Part shown: positions 28,401 to 39,211 of the stretch, one piece after another | Position numbering within the stretch: position 1 is the first letter of the stretch | Layout of the letters: every line of letters starts with the position of its first letter | NCBI GenBank assembly: GCA_030390025.1 | Contig: CM059432.1 | Span: forward strand, 88,042,001 to 88,106,000 | Reading direction: 5' to 3' | DNA from: Squalus acanthias | Taxonomy: Eukaryota | DNA: 64,000 nucleotides | The notes under the pieces: model-generated | Seen by the model: only the letters and a program-made list of their open reading frames with translations | Told to the model about the DNA's origin: nothing | Databases searched by the model: none | Translations under genes and position numbers: made by a program

Positions 28401-31400
28401 AACACAGAGGTGATATCCACTCAGGATCTTTAGGGAGCAATTCTCCAACCTCAACCTCAGTGAGGAACAGTGTATGCGATGTCTCCGCTTCACTAAGGAG
28501 GTGCTCACTGAAATCTGCCACCTGTTGCAGGCGGAACTGCAGCCTCAGAGCAGGGCGAGGACTGCATTGCCAGTGGCTGTGAAGTTGAGTGTAGCCATGA
28601 ATTTTTATGCGTCGGGCTCCTTCCAGGCTGGAGCAGGCAATATTTCCAACATCTCCCAGTTTGCTGTGCACTGTTGCATAAGGGAATCTCTGTATGCAAA
28701 CAGAGCTGAATACATTTCATTCTCTCTTGCCAGAAAGAAGCAGGCGGAGTGAGCATGCGGCTTTGCCAGGACAGCAGGCTTCTCCATGGTGCAGGCTATC
28801 ATTGACTGCACAGACATCGCTTTGCGGGCGCCGCATGTGAATTCAGAGATGTAACCCAACTGGAAAGGATTCCACTCCCTCAATGTCCAGCTGATGTACG
28901 ACCATACTCAGTGCATCATGCAAGACAATGCTGGGTATCCTGGAATCGGCCATGATGCCTTCATTCTGCGGCAGTCCGCTATACCATCTGTATTTGAACC
29001 ACCAAGACAAACCAGAGGCTGGCTATTGGGCGACAAGATCTATCCGCTGACCACCTGGCTCATGACTCCGGTGCGCAACCCAAGCACAAGTGGGCAGCAT
29101 GCATATAACGAAAGCCATGCTGACACATGGAATGTGATTGAGCAGACCATTTGCGTGCTTAAACAACACTTCCACTGCCTGGACCACTCTGGAGGAGCCT
29201 GCAGTATTCGCCAGAGCATGTTGAAGGTGGCAGGGCAAGTTGAGAAAGCAGTTAAAAAGGCTTATGGGATCCTGGGCTTTATGAATAGAGGTATAGAGTA
29301 CAAAAGCGTGGAAATTATGATGAACCTTTATGAAACACTGGTTCGGCCTCAACTTGAGTATTGAGTCCAATTCTGGGCACCATACTTTAGGAAGGATGTG
29401 AAGGCCTTAGAGAGGGTTCAGCAAAGATTTACGAGAATGATTCCAGGAATGAGGGACTTCAGTTACGTGGATAGACTGGAGAAGCTGGGGTTGTTCTCCT
29501 TAGAGCAGAGAAGATTGAGAGGAGATTTGATAGAGGTGTTCAAAATCATGAGGGGTCTGGACAGAGTAGATAGAGAGAAACTGTTCCCATTGGCAGAAGG
29601 GTTGAGAACCAGAGGACACAGATTTAAGGTGACTGGCAAGAGAACCAAAGGCGACATAAGAAAAAACTTTCTAACTCAGCGAGTGGTTAGGATCTGGAAT
29701 GCACTGCCTGAAAGGATGGTGGAGGCAGACTCAATCATGGCTTTCAAAAGGGAGTTAGATAAGTATCTGAAAGAGAAACATCTGCAGGGCTACGGGGAAA
29801 GAAAGACTTGCGCCTTTCACAACGACCAGATGTCTCAAAGTGCTTTACAGCCAATGAAGTACAGTCACTGTTGTAATGTGGGAAACACGGCAGACAATTT
29901 GCACACAGCAAGGTCCCACAAACAGCAATGTGATTTTGACCAAATAATCTGCTTTTGTTGTGTTGATTGAGGGATAAATATTGGTCAGGACACGGGGGAT
30001 AACGCCCCTGCTCTTCTTCAAATTAGTGCCATGGGATCTTTTACATCCACCTGAGAGAGCAGACAGGGCCTCGGTTTAACGTCTCATCCAAAAGACAGCA
30101 CCTCCGACAGTGCAGCACTCCCTCAGCACTGCACTGGAGTGTCAGCCTAGTTTTATGTGCACAAGTCCCTGGAGTGGGACTTGAACCCACAACCTTCTGA
30201 TTCAGAGGCAAGTGTGTTACCAACTGAGCCACAGCTGACACTGTGAAAGGGTGGAGGAGTGGGACTAGCTGAAGTGCTCTTGCAGAGAGACGGCACGGGC
30301 TCGATGGGCCGAATGGCCTTCTTCCGTGCTGTAACCATTCTATGATTCTATCTGGAGTCTATTTTTAACACCTCTCACTCCTGCACAGGATACAAGATGA
30401 GTTCATCACTATCGCCTAATAAATGATTTCTATTCCATGTTGCAACCGTAATTGTCCCTGTATCTACTTTATTGATATTAGCGTGGCCAGTGCTCCTCTG
30501 GACGCTACTCTCTTTTTCCTTCTAAGCTGAAAATACACTGTCCTAAACGCTTCATTCTCTTTACGTCCTCATTGTTTTGGTATGAAGACTCACTGCACAC
30601 TCTTATATTTTGACTTATTTTGCACAATGAAGTTAAGATACCAAAAGCAAGCAGCAGTTCCACTTTCAAGTATATTGGTTTGTTTTGGCTTTCTAACATA
30701 ATTTCAAATCCAAAGTGCTTTGTGTTTCCTGATGCTTGTGATTGAGGGGTGAAGCCGCATAGAGACAAATTTATTTCATATATCAATTATTTTTTACATT
30801 TTATTTACCCCCAGAGATCCAGTATTTGCAGAGCAGCAGTACATGCCGGGGTCATTCGTAATCATCAAGGAGGTTACATTGACATAATGCCAGTTGACAA
30901 GAAGAAACATTATGTTGGCTCGTACCAGAATGGAATATTCTCCGAAAGGTTGGAACAATAATCTAAAGCAGCAGACTTAGTCAGATGCCAAAGTTAATTT
31001 TCGAACAGCAGAGCTTATTGAACTTATTGGCTGGAGAGAAAAACATAAACAGGCTGAAACAGTCTGTCCCATCCCAATGTTGTGCAAAGTAATTAATGAA
31101 TTCAGTGGAGGGTATGGTATGCAGAACTGCCTGGCTCCTGTAAGCTGATAAAACATATCCCCCTAAAAGCTGCTTACTAATACAGCATCACAACAAATTT
31201 TGCTTTTTATAACTGTTGTGTCTGTTCTTCATAGACCAATAGCAAATACTATAGGATGAATTTAGGGATTCATTCATTATTGAGTTTCTTAATATCGACT
31301 TTGGAATCATCCTGAATGTTATTAGTTTTTTTAATCCATAGGAATTAAATTCTGATAAGGATTCCAAATCCTATTGCACATAAATGTACTCCACATATAG

Positions 31401-32321
31401 TGCAAGGATCTTAAAAAAAGATTCCTATGAACATTCTAAAAGTGTGTCCACTGTAATTAATACACTAAGAAGCAGGGAGAAATACTACTATCAGCAGTAA
31501 AGAAAACAAGTTTGAAAAAAATCCAAGTTAACTGTATCTACACGAATATTCTTATATTAAATAACTGCATTGCTAATATTAATGCAAATGACTCCAGTAA
31601 TAAGGTCTATCACCACAGTCAATCCTGTAGATCACCAGCCAGGCAGTTTTGGATACTGATCAGGAGGTTTCACTCACTGTTAGCAGTAGAGGTTTTTTGG
31701 TGGGGAAGGGGAGAGCGAGGAAATGCTGATAGAAATACAAATACCCTCTTCTAGGTAAGTCTTTTTAATTTTTAATTTTTTTTTCAACATAGCTGGCTGA
31801 GGTAGCTCATTTTGAAATTATTCCTTCCTAAAGAAATATCTGCTTTAAGTACAAACTACAGTGCACAGAGTCTGTATTCAAGCTCTGCCCACACCTTCAT
31901 AGCACAAGAAGCTAAGCCGATGTCATTATTGTCTGGCACTAAGAACTAGTGTCAACTAAACTGACAATGGCCTAGCCTCAACTTGTTCAAAATTCTTATT
32001 AGTGCTATATACACAATATGACATTAGACATGTGAATATCCTCCTTACAATATTTTAGAAAGTTGCTTTTATTTGAAAGTATTTTCCTTTAGTAGATTTG
32101 TTGCATACAGAGACTTTTTTTAAGTTTGAGCCTTTCTAATAAATGAACAGATACTTTTGGAGTATAAAATTAGATTACTTACTACAAGAAATAGGATGTT
32201 GTAACTTTAGAATCAATTATTGGAAGACGACTTAATATTTAACAAATGTTTTTTTCTCTTTTCTTTTAGCCTTAAAAATCCACCTGGAGCAAAAGCATTC
32301 AGAATATTTGCGGTCATTTGA
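1355..32321 (+). CDS. CRISPLD1: CRISPLD1 (cysteine-rich secretory protein LCCL domain-containing 1), multi-exon gene, 5'-partial; 13 coding exons in window
   Basis: Spliced translation [13 protein letters not shown]...[24 protein letters not shown]...[16 protein letters not shown]...[21 protein letters not shown]...[14 protein letters not shown]...[14 protein letters not shown] is colinear with my recollection of vertebrate CRISPLD1 (closer than CRISPLD2); all junctions GT-AG with consistent phases. Confidence 0.93.
1570..1702 (+). CDS. CRISPLD1: CRISPLD1 exon [44 protein letters not shown]
   Basis: ccacag| and |gtatgc, 133 bp; CAP signature HYTQ. Confidence 0.93.
2053..2510 (-). mobile_element. 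tRNA-derived SINE, SacSINE1/DeuSINE-like
   Basis: Minus strand begins with tRNA-like head (box B GGTTCAAGTCC), shared core and (CTTT)n tail; similar copies at 3828, 13270 and 29797. Confidence 0.75.
3322..3437 (+). CDS. CRISPLD1: CRISPLD1 exon [38 protein letters not shown](K)
   Basis: cttctag| and |gtgagt, 116 bp; CAP motifs VVW..S..IGCA and LVCNY.P. Confidence 0.93.
3828..4220 (-). mobile_element. tRNA-derived SINE, SacSINE1/DeuSINE-like, internally deleted
   Basis: High similarity to 2053-2510 and 29797-30241. Confidence 0.75.
4660..4760 (+). CDS. CRISPLD1: CRISPLD1 exon [33 protein letters not shown]
   Basis: ttttcag| and |gtatgt, 101 bp; cysteine-rich hinge. Confidence 0.93.
5111..6036 (-). 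mobile_element. CR1 LINE 3' fragment (RT C-terminus + 3'UTR)
   Basis: ORF 5201-5842 [19 protein letters not shown]...LERVQ.RFTRM...[12 protein letters not shown]; (CTATGA)-like tail repeats; interrupts an older + strand CR1 remnant (~4990-5110 / ~6037-6200). Confidence 0.9.
6722..7890 (-). mobile_element. LINE 3' fragment (L2/CR1-group RT C-terminus) with internal duplication and nested MITE
   Basis: Peptides [33 protein letters not shown]; segment ~7500-7645 repeated at ~7745-7890. Confidence 0.8.
7283..7449. mobile_element. small hAT-like MITE nested in LINE
   Basis: Imperfect terminal inverted repeats CAATGTTCC ... GGAATGTTG interrupting the LINE sequence; no clean 8-bp TSD. Confidence 0.4.
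8690..11340 (-). mobile_element. Penelope-like element (RT + GIY-YIG endonuclease), frameshifted
   Basis: GIY-YIG motif [27 protein letters not shown] motifs FYLLPKIHK...[15 protein letters not shown]; terminal repeat with hammerhead. Confidence 0.9.
8752..8788 (-). ncRNA. minimal type I hammerhead ribozyme in Penelope terminal repeat
   Basis: AGUU-CUGAUGA-A-AGGUC-AUC-GACCU-GAAAC-GUU-AACU: complete catalytic core, stem I, stem II and palindromic stem III. Confidence 0.8.
11375..12058 (+). mobile_element. Harbinger remnant: terminal sequence fused to C-terminal half of HARBI1-like transposase
   Basis: [45 protein letters not shown]...IVCCALHN; 11375-11520 is the reverse complement of ~21720-21865. 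Confidence 0.8.
13075..13628 (-). mobile_element. L2-like LINE 3' tail joined to a degenerate Deu-type SINE
   Basis: 13085-13270 matches 6760-6940; 13270-13628 is a diverged match to 2053-2510. Confidence 0.65.
13961..14131 (+). CDS. CRISPLD1: CRISPLD1 linker exon (A)[22 protein letters not shown]...NEVINTQQM
   Basis: cttgaag| and |gtaaga, 171 bp, phase 1->1; EEETNEVE motif conserved in CRISPLD proteins. Confidence 0.85.
14157..15081 (-). mobile_element. Penelope-like element 3' fragment (GIY-YIG region + terminal repeat)
   Basis: Closely similar to 8690-9560; degraded hammerhead at ~14256-14292. Confidence 0.88.
15087..15541 (+). mobile_element. CR1 LINE 3' fragment
   Basis: [23 protein letters not shown]; tandem ATCCTATGTA tail. 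Confidence 0.85.
15905..15965 (+). CDS. CRISPLD1: CRISPLD1 exon [19 protein letters not shown](R)
   Basis: tctccag| and |gtgaga, 61 bp. Confidence 0.9.
16151..16834. mobile_element. Harbinger-type non-autonomous element (MITE)
   Basis: TIR GGCCCAGAAATT / AATTTTTGGCCC, 3-bp TSD AAT, CpG-rich ends and AT-rich core. Confidence 0.65.
17020..17086 (+). CDS. CRISPLD1: CRISPLD1 exon [22 protein letters not shown] (LCCL1)
   Basis: attccag| and |gtgagt, 67 bp. Confidence 0.92.
19110..19240 (+). CDS. CRISPLD1: CRISPLD1 exon [43 protein letters not shown](G) (LCCL1)
   Basis: ttttcag| and |gtgagt, 131 bp; LCCL motif SSICRAA.H.G. Confidence 0.93.
20617..20660 (+). CDS. CRISPLD1: CRISPLD1 exon [14 protein letters not shown]
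   Basis: gttttag| and |gttagt, 44 bp. Confidence 0.88.
20752..20824 (+). CDS. CRISPLD1: CRISPLD1 exon (V)[23 protein letters not shown](R)
   Basis: tctctag| and |gtaact, 73 bp. Confidence 0.88.
21185..21870. mobile_element. Harbinger-type MITE (CpG-rich)
   Basis: TIR GGGGGAAAAATT / AATTTTCCGCCCC; ends match 11375-11520 and 42890-42940. Confidence 0.7.
22122..22783. mobile_element. degenerate Harbinger-type MITE
   Basis: GC-rich block flanked by GAT direct repeats with weak TIRs. Confidence 0.45.
23048..23300. mobile_element. Penelope terminal fragments in inverted arrangement
   Basis: 23050-23110 same orientation as 8853-8912; 23115-23300 is the reverse complement of ~8690-8865. Confidence 0.75.
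23197..23233 (+). ncRNA. minimal hammerhead ribozyme (Penelope-derived), intronic and sense to CRISPLD1
   Basis: AGUU-CUGACGA-AGGAUC-AUC-GACCU-GAAAC-GUU-GACU. Confidence 0.6.
24726..24801 (+). CDS. CRISPLD1: CRISPLD1 exon [25 protein letters not shown] (LCCL2)
   Basis: atttcag| and |gtaagt, 76 bp. Confidence 0.92.
26508..27334. mobile_element. Harbinger-type MITE
   Basis: Ends GGGCCGTATTTT / AAATCGTGGCC; AT-rich core resembling that of 16151-16834. Confidence 0.45.
27848..29218 (+). mobile_element. Harbinger element left part with disrupted HARBI1-like transposase, truncated by CR1
   Basis: [55 protein letters not shown]; in-frame stops. Confidence 0.88.
29219..30350 (+). mobile_element. 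CR1 LINE 3' fragment, interrupted by SINE
   Basis: KKAYGILGF...LVRPQLEY...[20 protein letters not shown] tail at ~30337-30350. Confidence 0.9.
29797..30241 (-). mobile_element. Deu-type tRNA SINE nested in CR1
   Basis: Matches 2053-2510; CR1 sequence resumes at GAAAGGG on the far side. Confidence 0.8.
30815..30948 (+). CDS. CRISPLD1: CRISPLD1 exon [44 protein letters not shown](S) (LCCL2)
   Basis: ccccag| and |gttgga, 134 bp; LCCL motif. Confidence 0.92.
32270..32321 (+). CDS. CRISPLD1: CRISPLD1 last coding exon [16 protein letters not shown]
   Basis: long polypyrimidine tract + ttttag|, TGA at 32319-32321; matches CRISPLD1 C-terminus. Confidence 0.92.
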
Positions 32322-32771
32322 TTCCAGTGAGAAAAGAATACGTTAGTGCAGGACTTGGAAGAAGCAAAGGAAAGTGTTTCAACTATTTCCTGTGCTTTTT
32401 GCTGAGTTGTGATATTGGCAGAAACAGTTTAATCCATTACCAACCAAAAATTTCTGTACCATATATTGAAAAAGAGTATCGCTGAACTTCGGAAACACAG
32501 CTAAGAGGTACTTAGTAAGTTAATAATAAAACTGCCACATTTTTAATTATACTTAATACATTTACACTTCTAAAATTACTGTTATCTAACAGAATGCTGC
32601 TAACTCAATGACACAACCAAAAAAAATAAAAAATAAAGTTCAAACTGAAAACCAAGATTAGGTAGGATTAACCTAATGCTTTGAGAACCTGGCAGTTACT
32701 CCTGCAGGCCAGGAAGTAAATCAATTATAATACTGTATTATTGGTAGAAATGATCAGCTTGTAGAGACAAT

Positions 32772-33484
32772 GGGGGAGATATTGGAACTCATTGCACCCG
32801 TTTTTTGGGTGAAAAAAGAGCATTGGGGAGACAAACTTTGTCGCATGATCTCTTGCACCTGATCTCCCCCGGAAGTGCGCAAACTGGCAAAATGGAAGCT
32901 AGTGACTTCTAAGTGGTGCCCACCTGAAACAGGCAGTAGGCGCCTTGAATATGCAAATTGTGTTCCTAATACCTGTTTTCGGACTCCATACCAAATTTGT
33001 CATCAACTGAGCAGAGCTTGCCCCTCGCATGCTCTACCCAGTTGATCTAGGTCTTCAGCGACCTAATTAGTAGTCCTTAAAGAGACCATTGGAGGCCCCC
33101 ACAAAAAGGGATGTGAACTTTTTTATAGTTTCATATCTGTGAAACCAGGTGGATTAGGAGTACTCCTTCTGTGTCCACTAAAGTACTGTGGGCCGTTGCC
33201 AGCTCGGGCTCACCACCCCCCCCCCCCCCCCTTCCGGTTTGCCTCCCCCACCCTCTCAGGATTTACCTGCAGGCTGGCTTGGCGTTGGAGCTGGCTGAAT
33301 TTCCTGAGGCCCCAACCTGTGAGCAACATTGAGATGCTCGATTGGCGTCTGCAGCAGATGAGGCCTGAGGCCCAATTTCAAGCGGGCCTCAGGCAATGGC
33401 TTTGGGCGCGTGCTCACTTCACCTATTTCGCACTATTCCAATATTCGTGACATCAGTTATCGGCACTATTCCAATTTCTAGGCC
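32772..33484. mobile_element. degenerate Harbinger-type MITE downstream of CRISPLD1 stop
   Basis: Ends GGGGGAGATATTGG / CCAATTTCTAGGCC. Confidence 0.45.
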
Positions 33485-34161
33485 AACATGGTAAAATCCA
33501 GTATATAAATCACACTTTCACACCAGCATTTTTAAAGTCATTAAATGAAATTCCAAGCAAAATTAGCGTAGTTTATGCACAGGTGGGACATATAACCTAG
33601 ATTATAAAGTACTACTTTGGAAAATAAGCTAGCACATTTACATTCCATGTTTTGGTATGTGAAACATGGTATAAAGGTGATGTTAGTTTCTATTAAAAAG
33701 AACTATATTGCTTACAGACCACAAAGCTGTTGAAAATTATTTATGTTATTTTATTATCATGGTAAAATTTCCTTTTGTACTCATAACTTTTAAACATTTT
33801 ATGGAATCTGTCTTTCAAACAATGCTGTCTGCCATTTTGTATCTCTACTACCTCAGATACTGTACTTGGTTGTAGTATATGTGCTTACACAGACTTTTTT
33901 TCAAATCTGAAAATGCATCCTCTCAAATATTTTGAATTAAAGACCCTGTAAACAGTAAATGTTGCACTGTTGTTGTTCTGTTTGTCTTCCATCATTGTAC
34001 ACAGGAAAGGATCTTTTTACTCTCCAGAGGCAGTTTTGTTTGCCTATAGCCATATTTTTGAGAAAAATAAAATGAATTAGGAGAATAATAAATTCAAGTC
34101 TTTTTAGATTATTTCAAACATGCTATTTTAGTAAATCTGTGAAAACCTAGATACACATGAA

Positions 34162-34600
34162 GGGCTGGATTTTGAATGACCCATGGAGTCGGGTTTGGAG
34201 GCGTGTGGGGGGTTAAATTTGCGGGGTCGGGGTTTCCGACTCCATCCCGCCTCCACACAATTTTGACATAATCAGTCGCAGGGTTCCCGACTCCGTCCCG
34301 CCTTCAAGAGGCGGGAGAGGCCATTAAAGCCCTTAACAAGCTCTAAATTGGCTCTGTAATGCCATTTTGAAATGCTGTAGCTAGTTTAACCCTCTTCTGA
34401 CGTGAAGCACGTCTGGTGTGAAACACTCCAGTGAAACCTGGCGGGAGCACAAGTGGATAGCTGACTATCGGCTGCAGGTCCACTATTACAACGGAGATGT
34501 GATGAAGGTAGTAGTAGTATTAGGTGTGAACGCCGCCTCTGATGCTGCTGCATTGAATGTCTTGAGAGACTGCCTGGGAGGACTTGCTTGGCAAAAAAAT

Positions 34601-34631
<31 letters not shown>

Positions 34632-34923
34632 CTACACACCCCCCCCCACCCCCATTTTTGCATCCAGGTCCACCCACATCAAAAGCCAGGCAGGTCCTCT
34701 CTCACCAACAGTCTCTGAGACTAGCCAGTCAGCAATGATGACATCATCAGAGGCGGCTTTCAGACTGAAAACACTAATTAGTTCATGGGTTCCCACATGC
34801 TCCAACTCAATTGCCCAATTAAGTGAAAATTGCATCAGGCATCCACATTAATCTGGAGTCGGGGGGGAAACACGAAATGCGGATTACACGACCCCAACCC
34901 GACCCCAAGACAAAATCCAGCCC
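34162..34923. mobile_element. Harbinger-type MITE
   Basis: Perfect 13-bp TIR GGGCTGGATTTTG / CAAAATCCAGCCC with 3-bp TSD GAA. Confidence 0.8.
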
Positions 34924-35332
34924 GAAGAGTTTTCACTGCCATTTTAAATATTTCTGATTATAAATTATTTTTGGTGAGGTCTACGTGGGCTATTCAGCTG
35001 TGTGTCACTGTGTCTGTCTGTAACTCTTGGATAACAGTTGTAATTATCTTCCCTACACCAATACAGTGTGTCGAAGACTGATTGCGTCAAATGTTCAAAT
35101 TTCTATGTAAATGTGTCTGATAGTGTTAAAACATTTAAAGTTCTATGTTAATGTGCCTGTTTGTGCTTCTCTATCGCTTGTAATAGCTGGTTTGAAAACT
35201 GCCAACCAGTTGTATCTGAATCTTGTACCCCATTTGTTAACAGTCTTTATTAAAATCATAAAGAAATGTTACAATAGTGTTGAGGTTACTGAAAATATTT
35301 ATTGTATGCCGCTAAATTTGTACAGTTCTAAA

Positions 35333-35338
35333 AATAAA
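35333..35338 (+). terminator. candidate distal poly(A) signal of CRISPLD1
   Basis: AATAAA followed by a GT/T-rich stretch at the end of AT-rich sequence downstream of the stop; several more proximal AATAAA also exist, so the site used is not determined. Confidence 0.3.
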
Positions 35339-36282
35339 CAGACCTATTAACATCAAGGCAAAACTTGGTGGTTTTTAATTTATAACACTGCTGAGAAGAA
35401 GAAGGAATGGGTCGATTTTAACTCGCCCTGCCCAGCGGGAACAGGCCAGGAGGCTGTTAAACTCGATTGAATTTACTTATTCCCCGTTCCCGTTGTAATT
35501 AATTTAGAGGGCTGAGGCACCTGCAGAAAGCAGCCAGGTGACTCGAGAATGCATGAAAACCGGGGTCTCATGATGTAATTAGGACCCCAACGCGATTAAA
35601 GCTTGGTGGATCAGAGGCCCCGCTCAGCGGTCAACCCACTGAGTAAAACTTTGCAGGATTGACTTCAGGGATTGACTGACTGGAAGTACTGTTTGAAGGG
35701 ACTCTTAGCTGCAGGCACACTGAACATAAGGATCTGCATGCTATTGTGCTTAGTAGAGTTCCAAGGGATTTTTTGAGATTGGAAATACTATGGCAGCAAA
35801 ATTCAGCACCTTAGCAGGTCGGTTTCAGCAAAAAAATGGCGGCCGCCTCACTTCCACCCACTTCTGGCACGGGCCGCGGCAGCCGCCATTTTTGTCAGGT
35901 CGGTAGCGCGGCCGTTGCTTGCATTCGCCAGAAGAATGCAAATCAGTCAGATCGTGATGTCAGTCAGCGTGCAACGCTGATTTGGCGCACAATCTGCTAT
36001 TTTGGACATCTCCGCTTGACTGCACACCCTCTCCAAATCACGCACAGCTGAACGTGTGTTCAGCTGCACGTGCGACCCCTCACCAGTGGTATTTAAAGGA
36101 ATCATCAAGAACTTGCAGGTGACTTGCTTTCTGATATCTACAGGCTCTGCATAAGTTTGAGCAACTGTTTGCAGCTTTCTACAGTTATTTGAAGTTGGTG
36201 AGATGACACGGAGTGGTGCTGCAAGTGAAGACGGCCTTGCTTCTGATTTCAAGGGTTCTGCTCAGACCACTTGCTCCCAGTC

Positions 36283-37345
36283 ATGGGGGCTCTATTTGCA
36301 GTTCCCCTCGCACTGCAGCATGACAGGGAGATGGAGCAGAGGCAGCAAAGAAGAGGAGAAGCTGCTCACAGAGGGATGCAGAGGGGCAGGAGGGCTCTCA
36401 GCAGGAGGTCTTACCCACCTAGGGTCTTCCGAGAGCCCTACTCCTACCTGCACTTAAGCCAGGAGTATGTATTCGGAGGCTCCACTTCACCAAGGAGGTG
36501 GTCACAGAACTCTGCCACCTCTTGGAACCAGACCTGCAGCCTGAGAGCAGGGTGACGACAGTGCTGCCAGTGGCCCTCAACGTCACCGTAGCCCTGAATT
36601 TTTTCACCACCGGATCCTTCCAGTCTGCAGTAGGAGACATAGCTAACATCTCCCAGTTCGCCGTCCATCGCTGCATCCGGGAGGTCATAGAGGCTCTGTA
36701 CTCCAGGAGAAGTGACTTCATTGTCTTCTCTCTGAACAGAGAAAAGCAGGAGGAGCGCGCATGTGGCTTTGCCAGGATAGCGGGCTTCCCCATGGTGCAG
36801 TGCGCCATCGATTGCACACACGTGGCTTTGCGGGCACCGTATACCAATCTGAGATGTACCGTAAACGCAAAGGCTACCACTCACTTAATGTGCAGTTGGT
36901 GCACGACCACGCCCAGCACATCATGATGGTGAATGCCCAATATCTTGGCAGCAGCCATGATGCCTTCATCCTGCGCCAATCTGGTGTGTCAGCAATCTTC
37001 CAGCCACCACATCAAACCCGAGGGTGGCTGCTCGGAGACAAGGGCTATCTGCTCGACACCTGGCTGATGACTCCCCTCTGCAACTCCACCACTCATGGCC
37101 AGCAATCATATAATGAGAGCCATGCTGCCACGAGGAACCTCATCAAGCAGAGCATCGGAGTGCTAAAGCAACGGTTCCGCTGCTTTGACCGCTCGGGAGG
37201 AGCCCTCCAGTACACGCCGGAGCGGGTGTCCCATTTCGTGGTGCTCTGCTGCACCCTCCACAACTTGGCCATCATGAGGGCCCAGCCCTGGCCACCACGG
37301 GTTCTGCGACCACCTCAGGAGGAAGAGGAGGAAGGGAGGAGGTAG
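36283..37345 (+). pseudogene. Harbinger (HARBI1-like) DDE transposase with two frameshifts
   Basis: AIDCTHV, KGYHSLNVQLV, GSSHDAFIL, LLGDKGY, WLMTP, LKQRFRC...CCTLHN across three overlapping ORFs. Confidence 0.88.
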
Positions 37346-39211
37346 GCAGCAGATCCCCATTCCGGACGGGCTGTTCATGAGAGCCTCATCAGAATCGGGT
37401 TCCCCTGAATGAAACCCCAAATCCCCGTTGCTCATCACTTTCCCACCTTACCATCCCTCTGTCACAGAACAGCACCGTGTCTTCTTGGGCACAAAGCTGT
37501 AATGAGAGCCACCACAAAATAAACATTCCAAACATAATTTATAAATGAATCAATGCAATACTACGTAACAAAGTCAACTAATCATCCTTGTGCATGCCCT
37601 TAGGGTCTGTCTTTCATGTTCCTTTGCGTATCCTAGTGCTCCTATGCAGTACCACCCCTAGTGGCTGCAGCATGGCTGGTGGAAGGCTGCTGACTTTCAA
37701 TGGAGGAGACTGCAGATGGCCTTGCAGGACGATCTCAAGCAGCTCTGCACCTAGAAGGCCCGGCTGTAGACTGCACCACCTCGGCATGGGCGGCAGCAGT
37801 CTGGGCTGGCTGGCTGACAGGCAGCAGCAAGGGCACTGGCGGAGTGGCAATGGTGGGAGCACGAATGCTGTCATCCTGAGAGAGGACAGCAGGTTCTTGA
37901 TCCATGGAGCCACTGCCTCTCCCCCGGGGTGGTGCCTCAGCATTCCTAGCCATCTGTTAGAGCACAGATTGCTGGACTGCTGTGAGACCTGCAAGCCCCT
38001 TTCCATACTCATAAACCCAGCCACGATGGCATCAGTCTGAGCTTCCGTGGTAGCAAACTAAGCCTGCATGGGAGCAGTCTGAGCTTCCACTGCAGCACTT
38101 AGACATTGGGTCGCTTCTGCTTGTGCTGCAGTGGAAGTGCGACATCGCCCATCACACCCAGCATCAAGGTTGGGCCCACAAGTGTTCTAATGGAGTTGCC
38201 CATCACTCCATCCTGGAAATCATGGGATCCAAGCTCCGTTCAAACCCCATGCAATGTTGGAGCCGGACTCCTCCATGCTCCTTGACACTGACAAGAGGCT
38301 CTCTGGCAGGTCTGCCATTGCACCTACCATTTCTGTGTTTATGCCCATCACCCTTCTTCTGAAGGCCGTCCCATTGAAGTCATCATCTGAATCCTGTGCA
38401 GCAGAACCCATGTGCGAATGGAGAGCTGGCACCTGAGCTACCCTTTCCCCCTGTCCTGGTTGCAGCCCACTAATGCCCGGTGACTCACCACGTGCTGATC
38501 CCACCTCTATACTACCCTCTAAAGTTCGCGCAGTGCCATTTTCTAAGCTGGTACCTGGGAGTATCAGATCGAGTGATGGTGCCTCTTCTTCTCCTTCTCT
38601 CTCCTCTATTAGTTCGAGGACAGGCTGGGCTGCTGGCAGTTCTTGGGTATCTGAAAGGAGAAAAGCACAAGGATCAGGTTGTGGTGAGGGAAGAGGAAAG
38701 CAAGAGGTGCATGGTTACACTATCAGCAGCTTGTAAGAGACAAGAGAGTGTGGAATGAGGGGGAAGTGGGATGGGAGAAGAAGGATTAGGAATGAGCATA
38801 CCGTCATCAGCAATGCTTTCAAACTCTCTGCTCGCCACGGCCTCAGTGACGACCCCTCCAATGATCTCCAGCACCGTCTCCTCCAGCACAGTAAGGTTTT
38901 GAAGACATGCTTCCTCCTGTCTGTCTGCTCCTGCTCAAGGCAGTAGTGAGCCACCTTGGCCTACAAGAGGAGGGGAAGTGTGTCAGTGAGTATGGTGCAA
39001 TGTGTTTGGGTGATGTGCCGCCCATGATTGAATAGCTGGCAGTGTGTGCAAGGAGTGAGATGTGGGTGTGAGTCTTGCTGCAGTGGTAAGTGTGTGAGGG
39101 TGAGATGAAGCTATGATTGTGAGGTATGAGTCGTGATTGCTAGAGATTGTTGGTAGGTGAGTGATGGGGGTGTGGTGCATTGAGCAGCGTGTGAGGCTAG
39201 TGGTGCAGTTT

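Noticed and set aside
28894..29970. Novel transposase-RT fusion gene
   Set aside because: Chance in-frame junction of nested decayed elements, with stops and missing domains
30170..30240. tRNA gene (also at ~2450-2510, ~4150-4220, ~39550-39635, ~48820-48890)
   Set aside because: These are tRNA-derived SINE heads continuing into repeated SINE bodies
1355..32321. CRISPLD2 or PI15/R3HDML instead of CRISPLD1
   Set aside because: Two LCCL domains exclude PI15/R3HDML; motifs such as [21 protein letters not shown] and NPPGAKAFR match CRISPLD1 better than CRISPLD2 as recalled
36283..37345. Host domesticated HARBI1 gene
   Set aside because: Multiple frameshifted copies inside TIR-bounded elements with a Myb partner indicate transposon copies, not the single-copy host gene
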